The notes under the pieces are model-generated. The model was not told where the DNA came from and ran no database searches. It saw nothing but the letters and a program-made list of their open reading frames with translations. Positions 21,741 to 34,026 of a DNA stretch of 64,000 nucleotides are shown here, piece by piece; positions within the stretch are counted from its first letter, which is position 1, and each line of letters opens with the position of its first letter. A program made the translations under genes and the position numbers. This DNA comes from Octopus sinensis (lineage: Eukaryota): NCBI RefSeq assembly GCF_006345805.1, contig NC_043013.1:42780001-42844000 (forward strand), in the 5' to 3' direction.

Positions 21741-23770
21741 GAAAAATATACCTATCCCTGAACGGAAGCAATATCTCAAAGGTCTTATAGAGAAAACGGA
21801 AGAGTTTGTTCGATGATTGAGATGGAAAGTCTTTTTCTTTGATACTAAACAGAAAACCAACGGAAACAAATATGGACTTAAATCTCCCAGAAATCCACCA
21901 CCTATTCCGGAATTAGAAGCCTTCGAGAAAGACCTTTTCGAACTTATTAGGAAAATTAAATTCCGCAAATATAGCAACCAATTACAGAGAAATATGAAAG
22001 AAAAAATTAAGGAGATTAACAACTCGAATAAGATCTTTGTTAATTCTGATAAGACAAGGAACTTATATGCACTTGATAAGGACGTTTATAAGCGTCTGAT
22101 TTCGAATAGTGTCACAGATACTTACAAAAAAGATAACGCAAATATATACAAAGAGGTGAATTTGGAAGCAAGAGGAATAGCTAACAATCTTAAGATTAGT
22201 GATAGGATTAAATATCTTTCCCCACGACCAGCTTTTATTACACTAAAAGACCATAAAGCCAATTTTAATAGAAACCCCAAATGTAGATTGATAAATCCGG
22301 CTAAAACTGAGATAGCCATTATTAGCAAATATATTTTGGACCGTATTTTAACTAAGTTAGATAGTGAATTAGTCTTGAGAATTTGGAAAAATAGTAAGTC
22401 AGTCATAGAGTGGTTTAAAGGTATTAGCTATAAGAATAATTGCAGTTTTACACAATTCGATATTATTGACTTTTACCCGTCAATATCTAGGACGTTACTC
22501 CGAAGGGTATTGGACTTCACCAAGCAGTATGTCGGCATCGATAGCTCGGAAATTGATATTATCATGCATGCGAGGAAATCACTTCTTTTTTTCGAGGATT
22601 CCACCTGGATTAAGAAGAGTGAGGATTCTCTTTTCGATGTAGGCATACAACAGGGCTGAGTTATGTATGCTCATAAGAGCCTTTATTCTTCATAATCTAA
22701 AAATAGAATTCCCATTTATAGATGCAGGTTTATATAGGGATGACGGCCTTATAGCCACCCATAATTTAAACGGCCATGAATCAGATAGACTTAGGAAGGA
22801 CCTTATTGCTTTCTTCCAAAGGATGGGCTTACGGGTTACAATAGATACTAACCTGAAAAGTCTACATTTTTTAGATGTAAATTTTAATGTAAGGTCAGAT
22901 AGATTTAAACCTTACCGTAAGCCCAATGACAAGCTATCGTATATTAGCAAAGATTCAAACCATCCGCCAGTTATCCTTAGGAACTTAGTCAGCAATGTAG
23001 GCAGAAGAATATCTTCAATTTTTTCGGATGAGGCAGCATTCCATAATGCTGCACCTTATTACGATAGCGCATTAAGGAATAGTGGATTCTCTGAGAAGAT
23101 CCAGTACAACCAGCTTAATGCTGCGCGAAGAACTAGGACCAGGAAAGTTTTGTGGTTCAACCTGGCTTTCAATTTGGCCGTAAAGACTAATATAGGTAAG
23201 GAATTTTTGAAATTAGTCTCTAGGACCATAAATTCTATAGAATATTTAATAGAAGAACCCTTAAGGTTAGCTATTCTTGTTGCAGAAAGTTCGCCTCTTA
23301 CATTAGCCAGCATAATAGGAATCTGATTGATATTAAGCATAGTGCCGAGCCCCTTAAGAAATGCAATTGTAAAAATGAATCCTCCTGTGTGTTGGAAGGG
23401 AAATGTCTAGTAAAAGGGGTCGTTTATAGAGCCAAGGTACAAATAGAAGGCTCATCGGAATGCAAGACCTATACAGGGGCTTCAGAAAATGCATTTAGAT
23501 ACCCAGAAAATAGGAAGAGGACCAGCCTAGCAAAATATGTCTGGGAACTAAAAGAAAAGGAAACCCCACCTTTCAACGTGATATGGAGCATTCTAGACAG
23601 AGCGGTACCATACAGACATGGAGCACACAAGAAAAATTTTAAGTGCAATCTTTGCCTGTTAGAGAAACTTTATATTTTATTCAAAGACTATAATTTTTTG
23701 AATTAAAGAAGTGAGCTGATGATCTCATGCAGGCACGCAACCAAATTTAAAATGTCAAACATAAATATGC
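21741..23770 (+). mobile_element. Penelope-like element (RT plus C-terminal GIY-YIG endonuclease), copy 1, decayed
   Basis: LKDHK..NPKCRLINPAK, FDIIDFYPSI, GLYRDDGL, CNCKNESSCVLEGKC, GVVY..TYTG and CNLCLLEK. Carries stops and 8-, 13- and 33-nt deletions. Confidence 0.85.
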
Positions 23771-24293
23771 TGCTTTAAATAAAGCATATTACTCTACCAC
23801 TGGTATTTGAGTACTCTTTTTTCCACCTTGTTTCACATTTATGTGTTTACTCCGGTGTAACCCGCTCCTTATAAAAGTTTGAGCGACTCTGCACAAGTAG
23901 GAAGAATAAACAGCTGAAAAAGATGGAACTTTACCCGCTGGATTTTTCTCAGAAAAATATACCTATCCCTGAACGGAAGCAATATCTCAAAGGTCTTATA
24001 GAGAAAATGGAAGAGTTTGTTCGAAGATTGAGATGGAAAGCCTTCTTCTTTGATACCAAACAGAAAACCGACGGAAACAAATATGGACTTAAATCTCCCA
24101 GAAATCCACCACCTATTCCGGAATTAGAAGCCTTCGAGAAAGACCTTTTCGAACTTATTAGGAAAATTAAATTCTGCAAATATAGCAACCAATTACAGAG
24201 AAATATGAAAGAAAAAATTAAGGAGATTAACAACTCGAATAAGATCTTTGTTAATTCTGATAAGACAAGGAACTTATATGCACTTGATAAGGA

Positions 24294-26931
24294 TGTAGTG
24301 ATCCTATACAACGGCGCGCGTTTGCGCACCGTCCATTTGTATTTCGCGCGTGCGGGGTTGGTGCTTTCACCACCGGAAGAAGAACCCTTTTGCCTACGTA
24401 GCAGTTAGCCAAGGCAAGGGGGTCGTGAGACGTTGACCACCAGCGTCCAGAAAGCAGCGACTGAAGGCGACGGTCACGTATATTTTCTCTCCGTCCGGAC
24501 TTGATTCTAGCAGCACCTTACCAAAAGGCCTTTAACCAAATTGTTGCAGACCACATCTCCCTGTTCCGGACGCCATCTTTGACCAGTGTCGTTTTGCATT
24601 TGAACACTTTCTTATTTTACAGCGATATGGTTCAGCACTGACACATTTATACCAAAGGGATACCAGATAACCACTTATTGTTACTGTTACCACATTAGAG
24701 AATAAAGTAGTATATATATTATTTACGTCTGCGTCTTGTTGTTTCTGACTGGTAGAGAATCTGGATTTTAAAGCAACGGCTAGTGATTGCCTCTTGTACC
24801 ACGAAAGTACAAGAGAAGATATATTCACACAAGTTCGTTACAGTGGTGACCCCCGACGTGATTCTGGTCTAAAACCAGAGATCACTTAACAACAAAAAAA
24901 ATCCAGTTTTTCTGCGAAGTCGGAACACGATTAACTCTACGCATTCATCTTTCGACGATTTGTTTCCAGCCACCACAAACAATTGTAGAAGGAGCCTCTT
25001 TCTTATTCTACAGCCATGATGACGAACGCCATCATATCAACGATGCTTTTTCTCCACCTTCGTCATCACCATCGTCGTCTTTCTACTTCACGTCGTCGTT
25101 ATCTTCGTCGCCATCACCACTAAGAACAATGTTGTCTCAAGTCCACTACAGTCGCCTTCCTCCACCACCGTCGCCTTTCAACACCGTCGACCAAGATGTA
25201 CATAGCAACTCGCGGAACTTTAGCGCGCACGCTGTATGTGCATATGCACACCAAGGATTAACAGCACCGTCTATCTGCGAGATTCTTCTGTAACGATTTA
25301 ACATGTCACAGCATCGAAGCTACAACCGCTACACATTGTGTTCAATCGGCATCTGCATTTGTGATTTCAACATTCTGTTACAGAACGAACTGCTATTGTG
25401 CATCAGGCTATTACAGACTGGTAAACTAACTCCATTGTCTGGAATAGCCTTGAGAGACATTTTTTTCTATGCGCTGTATTTTTATTTTGCCTGCATTCAC
25501 CTTGTATGTATTTCTGTCGCACACACGTACACACACATAAATGCTATCTCTCACATACATACGTCACACATGCTTTTCTCGCTTGTTTTTTTTCCATGCT
25601 AAGTTTGCCTTTTGTGGACACCCCTCATTTCTATAGACCCTAGGGGTCACGTATACATAGAGAGGGTTGTTTGTCCATTATAACGCGCCGGCATGCCATA
25701 CTTTGTTCCTGTACGAATGAGGCATATAATCGCTCAACCACTGGCATATTCATTGCTGTTTTTCGGTCTGGCAAGCACTATTGCATTTCATGCGCCTTTG
25801 CTTCGCACGTGTATTGCCTTGTTTTTTGCAACACGTTTGCATTAGCTTAATTATTTTCCCGACTCAGAATGTCGGATGTTCACATGCGCTGCGCCTATGT
25901 ATGGGCGTAATTATTTTTCCCTGTTAGACTCCTATTGGTCACGTAATTAACACAGAAAATTATCTGTGTCGCGCATCACACCAGCATGTTTGCACTTTTG
26001 CCTTTTGTGTTACTAGCGAGCTTCTGTCAATTCCATTTCCTCTCCTGCAGCAATTGATTTAACTGCTATTTTGCAGGATCAACCACCTTTAGAGGAGTTG
26101 GATTTAATTTCGCCTAGGTTCACTGACTGTGAGTTTTGCTTTCCCTCCGCTCCTTTCAGCGGAAGGGTTTATACTTTGTGACGTATACACTTTCATGCAT
26201 GCACTCTTGATTTTTGCTCATTGAGTATTTTTTCTCTTTTTCCTTTAGTAAATTTCTTGTGTATGTTGTAAATTTTGCCATTTTATTATATTATGTGCTA
26301 TTTGGTTATCTGGTATCCACCTTGAGTTTTATAGTCACTACAGGGAATTTTGCGTCGTGCTTACGCACTGGGGTGGAGCTCTGTAGTGATCCTATACAAC
26401 GGCGCGCGCTCGCGCACCATCCATTTGTATTTCGCGTGTGCGGGGTTGGTGCTTTCACCACCGGAAGAAGAACCCTTTTGCCTACGTAGCAGTTAGCCGA
26501 GGCAAGGGGGTCGTGAGACGTTGACCACCAGCGTCCAGCAAGCAGCGACTGAAGGCGACGGTCACGTATATTTTCTCTCCGTCCGAACTTGATTCTAGCA
26601 GCACCTTACCAAAAGGCCTTTAACCAAATTGTTGCAGACCACATCTCCCTGTTCCGGACGCCATCTTTGACCAGTGTCGTTTTGCATTTGAACACTTTCT
26701 TATTTTACAGCGATAAGGTTCAGCACTGACACATTTATACCAAAGGGATACCAGATAACCACTTATTGTTACTGTTACCACATTAGAGAATAAAGTAGCA
26801 TATATATTATTTACGTCTGCGTCTTGTTGTTTCTGACTGGTAGAGAATCTGGATTTTAAAGCAACGGCTAGTGATTGCCTCTTGTACCCCGAAAGTACAA
26901 GAGAAGATATATTCTCACCAAGTTCGTTACA
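24294..26931 (+). mobile_element. Complete non-autonomous LTR retroelement (TRIM/LARD-like), 4-bp TSD AGGA
   Basis: LTRs 24294-24842 and 26382-26931 (TGT...ACA, about a dozen differences). PBS at 24844, PPT at 26370. AGGA at 24290-24293 and 26932-26935 restores the host ..GATAAGGACGTT.. Confidence 0.93.
24844..24863 (+). other. Primer-binding site complementary to tRNA-Trp 3' end
   Basis: TGGTGACCCCCGACGTGATT versus expected TGGTGACCCCGACGTGATT (one extra C). Confidence 0.8.
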
Positions 26932-28412
26932 AGGACGTTTATAAGCGTCTGATTTCGAATAGTGTCACAGATACTTACAAAAAAGATAACACAAATATAT
27001 ACAAAGAGGTGAATTTGGAAGCAAGAGGAATAGCTAACAATCTTAAGATTAGTGATAGGATTGAATATCTTTCCTCACGACCAGCTTTTATTACACTAAA
27101 AGACCATAAAGCCAATTTTAATAGATACCCCAAATGTAGATTGATAAATCCGGCTAAAACTGAGATAGCCATTATTAGCAAATATATTTTGGACCGTATT
27201 TTAACTAAGTTAGATAGTGAATTAGTCTTGAGAATTTGGAAAAATAGTAAGTCAGTCATAGAGTGGTTTAAAGGTATTAGCTATAAGAATAATTGCAGTT
27301 TTACACAATTCGATATTATTGACTTTTACCCATCAATATCTAGGATGTTACTCCTAAGGGCATTGGACTTCGCCAAGCAGTATGTCGTCATCGATAGCTC
27401 GGAAATTGATATTATTATGCATGCAAGGAAATCACTTCTTTTTTTTCGAGGATTCCACCTGGATTAAGAAGAGTGAGGATTCTCTTTTCGATGTACCGAT
27501 GGAGGCATACAACAGGGCTGAGTTATGTATGCTCATAAGAGCCTTTATTCTTCATAATCTAAAAATAGAATTCCCATTTATAGATGCAGGTTTATATAGG
27601 GATGACGGCCTTATAGCCACCCATAATTTAAACGGCCATGAATCAGATAGACTTAGGAAGGACCTTATTGCTTTCTTCCAAAGGATGGGCTTACGGGTTA
27701 CAATAGATACTAACCTGAAAAGTCTAGATTTTTTAGATGTAAATTTTAATGTAAGGTCAGATAGATTTAAACCTTACCGTAAGCCCAATGACAAGCTATC
27801 GTATATTAGTAAAGATTCGAACCATCCGCCAGTTATCCTTAGGAACTTAGTCAGCAATGTAGGTAGAAGAATATCTTCAATTTCTTCGGATGAGGCAGCA
27901 TTCCATAATGCTGCACCTTATTACGATAGCGCATTAAGGAATAGTGGATTCTCTGAGAAGATCCAGTACAACCAGCTTAATGCTGCGCGAAGAACTAGGA
28001 CCAGGAAAGTTTTGTGGTTCAACCCGGCTTTCAATTTGGCCGTAAAGACTAATATAGGTAAGGAATTTTTGAAATTAGTCTCTAGGCATTTTAAGCAGGA
28101 CCATAAATTCTATAGAATATTTAATAGAAGAACCCTTAAGGTTAGCTATTCTTGTTGCAGAAAGTTCGCCTCTTACATTAGCCAGCATAATAGGAATCTG
28201 ATTGATATTAAGCATGGTGCCGAGCCCCTTAAGAAATGCAATTGTAAAAATGAATCCTCCTGTGTGTTGGAAGGGAAATGCCTAGTAAAAGGGGTCGTTT
28301 ATAGAGCCAAGGTACAAATAGAAGGCCCATCGGAATGCAAGACCTATACAGGGGCTTCAGAAAATGCATTTAGATACCCAGAAAATAGGAAGAGGACCAG
28401 CCTAGTTTGCTG

Positions 28413-30131
28413 AAACAAATATGGACTTAAATCTCCCAGAAATCCACCACCTATTCCGGAATTAGAAACCTTCGAGAAAGACCTTTTCGAACTTATTAGG
28501 AAAATTAAATTCCGCAAATATAGCAACCAATTACAGAGAAATATGAAAGAAAAAATTAAGGAGATTGACAACTCGAATAAGATCTTCGTTAATTCTGATA
28601 AGACAAGGAACTTATATGCACTTGATAAGGACGTTTATAAGCGTCTGATTTCGAATAGTGTCACGGATACTTACAAAAAAGATAACGCAAATATATACAA
28701 AGAGGTGAATTTGGAAGCAAGAGGAATAGCTAACAATCTTAAGATTAGTGATAGGATTGAATATCTTTCCCCACGACCAGCTTTTATTACACTAAAAGAC
28801 CATAAAGCCAATTTTAATAGAAACCCCAAATGTAGATTGATAAATCCGGCTAAAACTGAGATAGCCATTATTAGCAAATATATTTTGGACCGTATTTTAA
28901 CTAAGTTAGATAGTGAATTAGTCTTGAGAATTTGGAAAAATAGTAAGTCAGTCATAGAGTGGTTTAAAGGTATTAGCTATAAGAATAATTGCAGTTTTAC
29001 ACAATTCGATATTATTGACTTTTACCCATCAATATCTAGGATGTTACTCCTAAGGGCATTGGACTTCGCCAAGCAGTATGTCGTCATCGATAGCTCGGAA
29101 ATTGATATTATTATGCATGCGAGGAAATCACTTCTTTTTTTTCGAGGATTCCACCTGGATTAAGAAGAGTGAGGATTCTCTTTTCGATGTACCGATGGAG
29201 GCATACAACAGGGCTGAGTTATGTATGCTCATAAGAGCCTTTATTCTTCATAATCTAAAAATAGAATTCCCATTTATAGATGCAGGTTTATATAGGGATG
29301 ACGGCCTTATAGCCACCCATAATTTAAACGGCCATGAATCAGATAGACTTAGGAAGGACCTTATTGCTTTCTTCCAAAGGATGGGCTTACGGGTTACAAT
29401 AGATACTAACCTGAAAAGTCTACATTTTTTAGATGTAAATTTTAATGTAAAGTCAGATAGATTTAAACCTTACCGTAAGCCCAATGACAAGCTATCGTAT
29501 ATTAGCAAAGATTCGAACCATCCGCCAGTTATCCTTAGGAACTTAGTCAGCAATGTAGGTAGAAGAATATCTTCAATTTCTTCGGATGAGGCAGCATTCC
29601 ATAATGCTGCACCTTATTACGATAGCGCATTAAGGAATAGTGGATTCTCTGAGAAGATCCAGTACAACCAGCTTAATGCTGCGCGAAGAACTAGGACCAG
29701 GAAAGTTTTGTGGTTCAACCCGGCTTTCAATTTGGCCGTAAAGACTAATATAGGTAAGGAATTTTTGAAATTAGTCTCTAGGCATTTTAAGCAGGACCAT
29801 AAATTCTATAGAATATTTAATAGAAGAACCCTTAAGGTTAGCTATTCTTGTTGCAGAAAGTTCGCCTCTTACATTAGCCAGCATAATAGGAATCTGATTG
29901 ATATTAAGCATGGTGCCGAGCCCCTTAAGAAATGCAATTGTAAAAATGAATCCTCCTGTGTGTTGGAAGGGAAATGCCTAGTAAAAGGGGTCGTTTATAG
30001 AGCCAAGGTACAAATAGAAGGCCCATCGGAATGCAAGACCTATACAGGGGTTTCAGAAAATGTATTTAAAACGCGATTTTATTTGCATAAAAATTCATTT
30101 AGATACCCAGAAAATAGGAAGAAGACCAATA
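28413..30131 (+). mobile_element. Penelope-like element, copy 3 (truncated at both ends)
   Basis: Near-identical to copies 1 and 2. Retains KTRFYLHKNSF in the GIY-YIG domain. Confidence 0.85.
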
Positions 30132-30329
30132 GAATAGTTCTCAGAAACAGACTACATACAAATTCTTTCTTCACAACTCCTGAAGCTGTTTTCTGCGAAG
30201 ATATTTTCACTTGTTCGAGCATTGCTTTTACAGACAAATTAACAATTCGACTTGAGAGATAAACACAAACAACCTCGTGCGGACTGCAAAAATCCCACCA
30301 AATTAGCCAGAAAATCACACACACATGTC

Positions 30330-31610
30330 CATTTCATATATCTTCTTTCAATTTCTGCTTTCTTGGATGCTCCTGGCTAAACTGGAAAAACTTTATCTCA
30401 TGAACCTCCTGCTCACCAAAATACACCAGGAAAATCGGATTGCCATAGCAGTTGCATCCAGCGGTATTGCGGCAACTCTACTGCATGGCGGTCGTACTGC
30501 ACACTCAGCCTTCAAATTACCACTAGACTTGACCAAACAGGAAAATCCAACTTGCAATGTTAGTCGTGGCTCAGCCATGGAGAATCTTCTAACTGAGTGC
30601 ACCCTTATCATTTGGGATGAGGCAACCATGAGTTATAAGGCAGCTTTTGAGGCACTCAATCGTTCTTTTCAAGACCTGAGACACAATATGAGAGTGATGG
30701 GTGGAGTGACTGTTTTGCTTGCTGGCGACTTCCGACAAACTCTACCTGTCATTCCACGAGGAACAAGAGCTGATGAGGTAAATGCTTCCATAAAATCATC
30801 CTACTTATGGCACCACATCGAGAAACTTCACCTGACTATGAACATGACAGTTCACGTGCATGGCGACGAAAATGCGGCCACATTCTCGGCGCAGCTTCTC
30901 AACTTTGGTAATGGAACTGCAGCAGTGATACTAATGGTTTCATTCATTTACCATTTGGTGACTTTGTGCCTTCCGCAGATGATTTGATTTCTTCAGTTTT
31001 TCCTGACATTGCAAACCAAAGCCTTGACACAACTTGCCTCCAAGGAAGAGCAATTTTGGCGCCTCACAATAAAACAGTTGACGCTATCAATAATAAACTT
31101 CTTGATCTGCTTCCTGGAGAAAAACTCTCCTCTAAGTCCATTGACACACATGAAAACCTAGATTATACAACTGTTTTCACAACAGATTTCTTTAATTCCC
31201 AAATGCCCGCAGGACTTCCGCCTCACAAACTCCATCTTAAGGTTGGCACGCCCATCATGCTGCTACAGAATTTGGATGCTCTAATAATGTGTAACGGCAC
31301 ACAGATGATAATCAAAAAATTATACTCCCAAGTTCTGCAAGCAACTATCTTGAATGGACCAGCTGCTGGTCAAGATGTTCACTCCGATACGATCTACAAG
31401 TTTAAGTGGCTTCAATTTCCTATCAAACTCTCCTTTGCAATGACAATAAATAAGGCACAGAGTAACTCATTGCAAATGGTTGGTTTAAATCTCACAGAGC
31501 AAGTGTTCTTCCAGGTTGGATGCTCCCATGTTGGCAGGCCACAAAGTCTATACATTTGTGCATCAGAAGGGAAAATGAGAAACATTGCCTACAAAGAAGC
31601 GCTCCACTGA
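30330..31610 (+). pseudogene. PIF1-family helicase relic, probably from a Helitron
   Basis: APG*TGKT, VASSGIAATLLHGGRTAHSAFKLP, IIWDEATM, GDFRQTLPVIP, LKVGTPIMLLQNL and QFPIKLSFAMTINKAQ. Confidence 0.88.
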
Positions 31611-31639
31611 AAAGACAGCGTTCGGAATATCAAACGTTG

Positions 31640-32218
31640 TACAGCATGTTGTCCTTGGATGGGAGCAATGTTAGAATCATCCCCTCAAGTGATATTACAA
31701 CACAAACCAAAAATAAATCTGTCATATACAAAACATATGATGAAAAGAACAAAAAAATTTCTAACGTTCCAAAGGAAAAAAAATTGAGAAATGCCTTGGG
31801 CCAGTCTGGAAGGATGGGGTATATGTGACCCGAGGTAGGAAGTTCACCTTGATTGAGGCTACATTTCTGACAGCAGGAAAAGCAAAGGAGCACTCAGTGC
31901 TCACACCAAAGACAAAAGAGGTGGTACTTCTGCCTTCATATCTGGGACGTAGAATGTCCCAGATCAAGATACAAAAAGACCACTGGAAATTGACGCCACC
32001 TGGGTGGTGGCTGACCTGTTACTCAAGGGAAGATAAAATTTCCACACTACAAACTATTCGCTCTGCCCCACCAAAACTGGCTAGGGCAGAGTATAGAAAT
32101 ATTAATCCAGGTGAACACCGCAGGATCTAGAACAAATTCCAGGCAGAATGCTAATAGAAGAGGTCTTGAGAGTGCAAGTCAAGGGGAGAAAGCCACACTG
32201 TTTCAAGTGTGGTCACAA
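31640..32218 (+). pseudogene. Decayed ORF1 of a divergent Tx1 family
   Basis: DGSNVRIIP..KSVIYKTY, VVLLPSYLGRR and RVQVKGRKPHCFKCGHK parallel EGGEIRLVP..RIVIYKVY, IMLLPSYMGKR and RVSVEGRRPRCFKCGEK of ORF1 at 4685. Confidence 0.7.
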
Positions 32219-32228
32219 AAGCATCATT

Positions 32229-32377
32229 ATGAGGAGTACTACCTCTATTCCAACATATGCAGGCTATGCTAAGCTGTGGTTTGCCCAACTCGATTCATAT
32301 TTTGCTGCAAATGGTATACAGTCTTCACAAAAGAAAATGCATATCCTGATTAGTAGTATTCCCGCTTCTTTAGCCGC
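32229..32377 (+). pseudogene. Gypsy gag N-terminal fragment
   Basis: SIPTYAGYAKLWFAQLDSYFAANGI, a typical LP.F....LWFAQ.E..F gag start. Confidence 0.6.
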
Positions 32378-32529
32378 TGTCACGTTGAGTGGCCTCTGCA
32401 GGGGGTTACATCTCTTACACCACTGTGTAACTCGTGTACTACGTCATAAAAATATAATAAAGCTTCTGCAATGGAGCTTGTCCAAGTCTCTCTTGTTTTA
32501 GAACGTAACATGGTGGCAGCAACGGGATT
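32378..32529 (+). mobile_element. Short LTR (133 bp) followed by tRNA-Leu-like PBS
   Basis: TGTCACG...CGTAACA termini with internal AATAAA, then TGGTGGCAGCAACGGGATT (compare TGGTGGCAGCGGTGGGATT). Confidence 0.65.
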
Positions 32530-32699
32530 ACAAGTGGCCTAAGAAACCATTGTATGAACAAACGTGTATATCATTGTGATAATGAAAGTTTTTTTATCAC
32601 ACCGTGGACTGTATCTTTGACATTGTTTTCTCATCAAAAAACAGAAAGTGGTTTTCGGACAATGTGTGTTGTGGTAAAGGTCAGTGTTTTCAATAGCGC

Positions 32700-34026
32700 C
32701 ATGACCTTGTGAACTGTTCGTTACAATTGGTGACCCCAAGTAGAAAAAAAAAAGAACAGAAGACGCAGCGAACAGGTTTTGCCAGATAGAGCACTGAACA
32801 CTCAGTTTCTATTTTCATTTTTCTTTTCCTTTCAGGACGGCGAGGTGGGTACAAACAAAAGCTTTATTCATCGCACTCAGTACACCGAAAAAAAAAAAAA
32901 AAGAAAACACACACACATTATTTTTTTTCTTTTCTGTACCTCGTTTTCCTTTGTGCACACACACACTTATTTTTTACTACCCACGAGGTGCACTCACACA
33001 CACACCAGTACACAAAACACCATTTTGATTTGCTTTGTCGGTTCCACGTGTTCTCTCTCCATTTCTCGTTCATACCTTCTGCCCCTCCTGACAGACGATC
33101 CTTCCGACAAACATGGCTGCATCAGGTTTGCCTTCATTCACAGGGGATGCGGGTCTGTGGCTTGCCCAGGTAGAATCCCATTTTGCCGCACATGCCGTTT
33201 CTCCACAGCAGCAGTTACATCTGCTATACTACTAGCACTTTCCAGCGTTTCATTGATGAGGTTGTCTGCGGTCTTGATGTCGATGATATACTCATTGCGA
33301 GCGACACACGTGAAAATCATCTCCAGCACCTTTCTCAGCGTCTTCGCACTTATAGTATACGTATAAATCCCAAAAAGTGTGTTTTCGGACGCTCTTCCCT
33401 AGATTTTCTAGGCCATCATATTGATTCGAGTGGAATCAGCCCTCTGTCGTCAAAGGTCGATGCCATTCAACGCATCGCACCCCCCACTTCCTTGCGCCAG
33501 CTCAGGCATTATCTAGGGATGATCAATTTCTACAGACGTTTTATTCCCGGTTGTGCAGATAAGCTACTACCTCTCACCAGGCTATTAAAGGACACTCCTA
33601 GAAAGGACAGTCAAGTCACCCTCTCTGTTGAGGCAGTGACAGCCTTTGAGTCCATTAAGGAGCTGGCTTCTGTTTCTTTGCTTGCACATCCGGTTCCTGG
33701 TGCTTCTCTCTCTTTGACTGTAGACGCATCGGACACTGCGATTGGCGCTGTGTTACAACACAGTGGATGATCATATTCGATCTCTGGCTTTCTTTTCCCG
33801 CCAACTGCAACCAGCTGAACGACGATACAGCACCTTTGATCGTGAGCTCCTAGCGATCTATCTATCGGTTCGTCATTTCCAGCATCAACTTGAAGGGCGA
33901 GATTTTGTGATCTATACGGATCACAAGCCCCTTACATTTGCCCTGTGTTCAAAAACGGACAAACTTTCACCTCATGCTTTCCGGCACCTGGATTTTATCT
34001 CTCAATTCACTAGTAACATTCGACAC
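32700..34026 (+). mobile_element. Gypsy relic: LTR end, Trp PBS, gag start fused to RT-RNase H (internal deletion)
   Basis: GTTACAATTGGTGACCCC at 32720-32737. Gag LPSFTGDAGLWLAQVESHFAAH at 33113. Then FQRFIDEV, VDDILIAS, LGMINFYRRFIP, TVDASD, DRELLAIY and TDHKPL. Confidence 0.85.

Larger units (their letters stand above)
23923..28404 (+). mobile_element. Penelope-like element, copy 2 (5'-complete, split by LTR element, 3'-truncated)
   Basis: Starts MELYPLDFSQKNIPIP. Reading frame resumes at 26936 after the LTR insertion. Confidence 0.85.

Noticed and set aside
21814-21816. In-frame TGA in the Penelope ORF as selenocysteine (known in some Naiad PLEs)
   Set aside because: Copy 2 has AGA (Arg) at this position and it is not a Cys site; a simple nonsense mutation.
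23714-23760. CTGATGA as a hammerhead ribozyme core
   Set aside because: It is coding sequence (ELMISCRH), with no properly placed GAAA or supporting stems.
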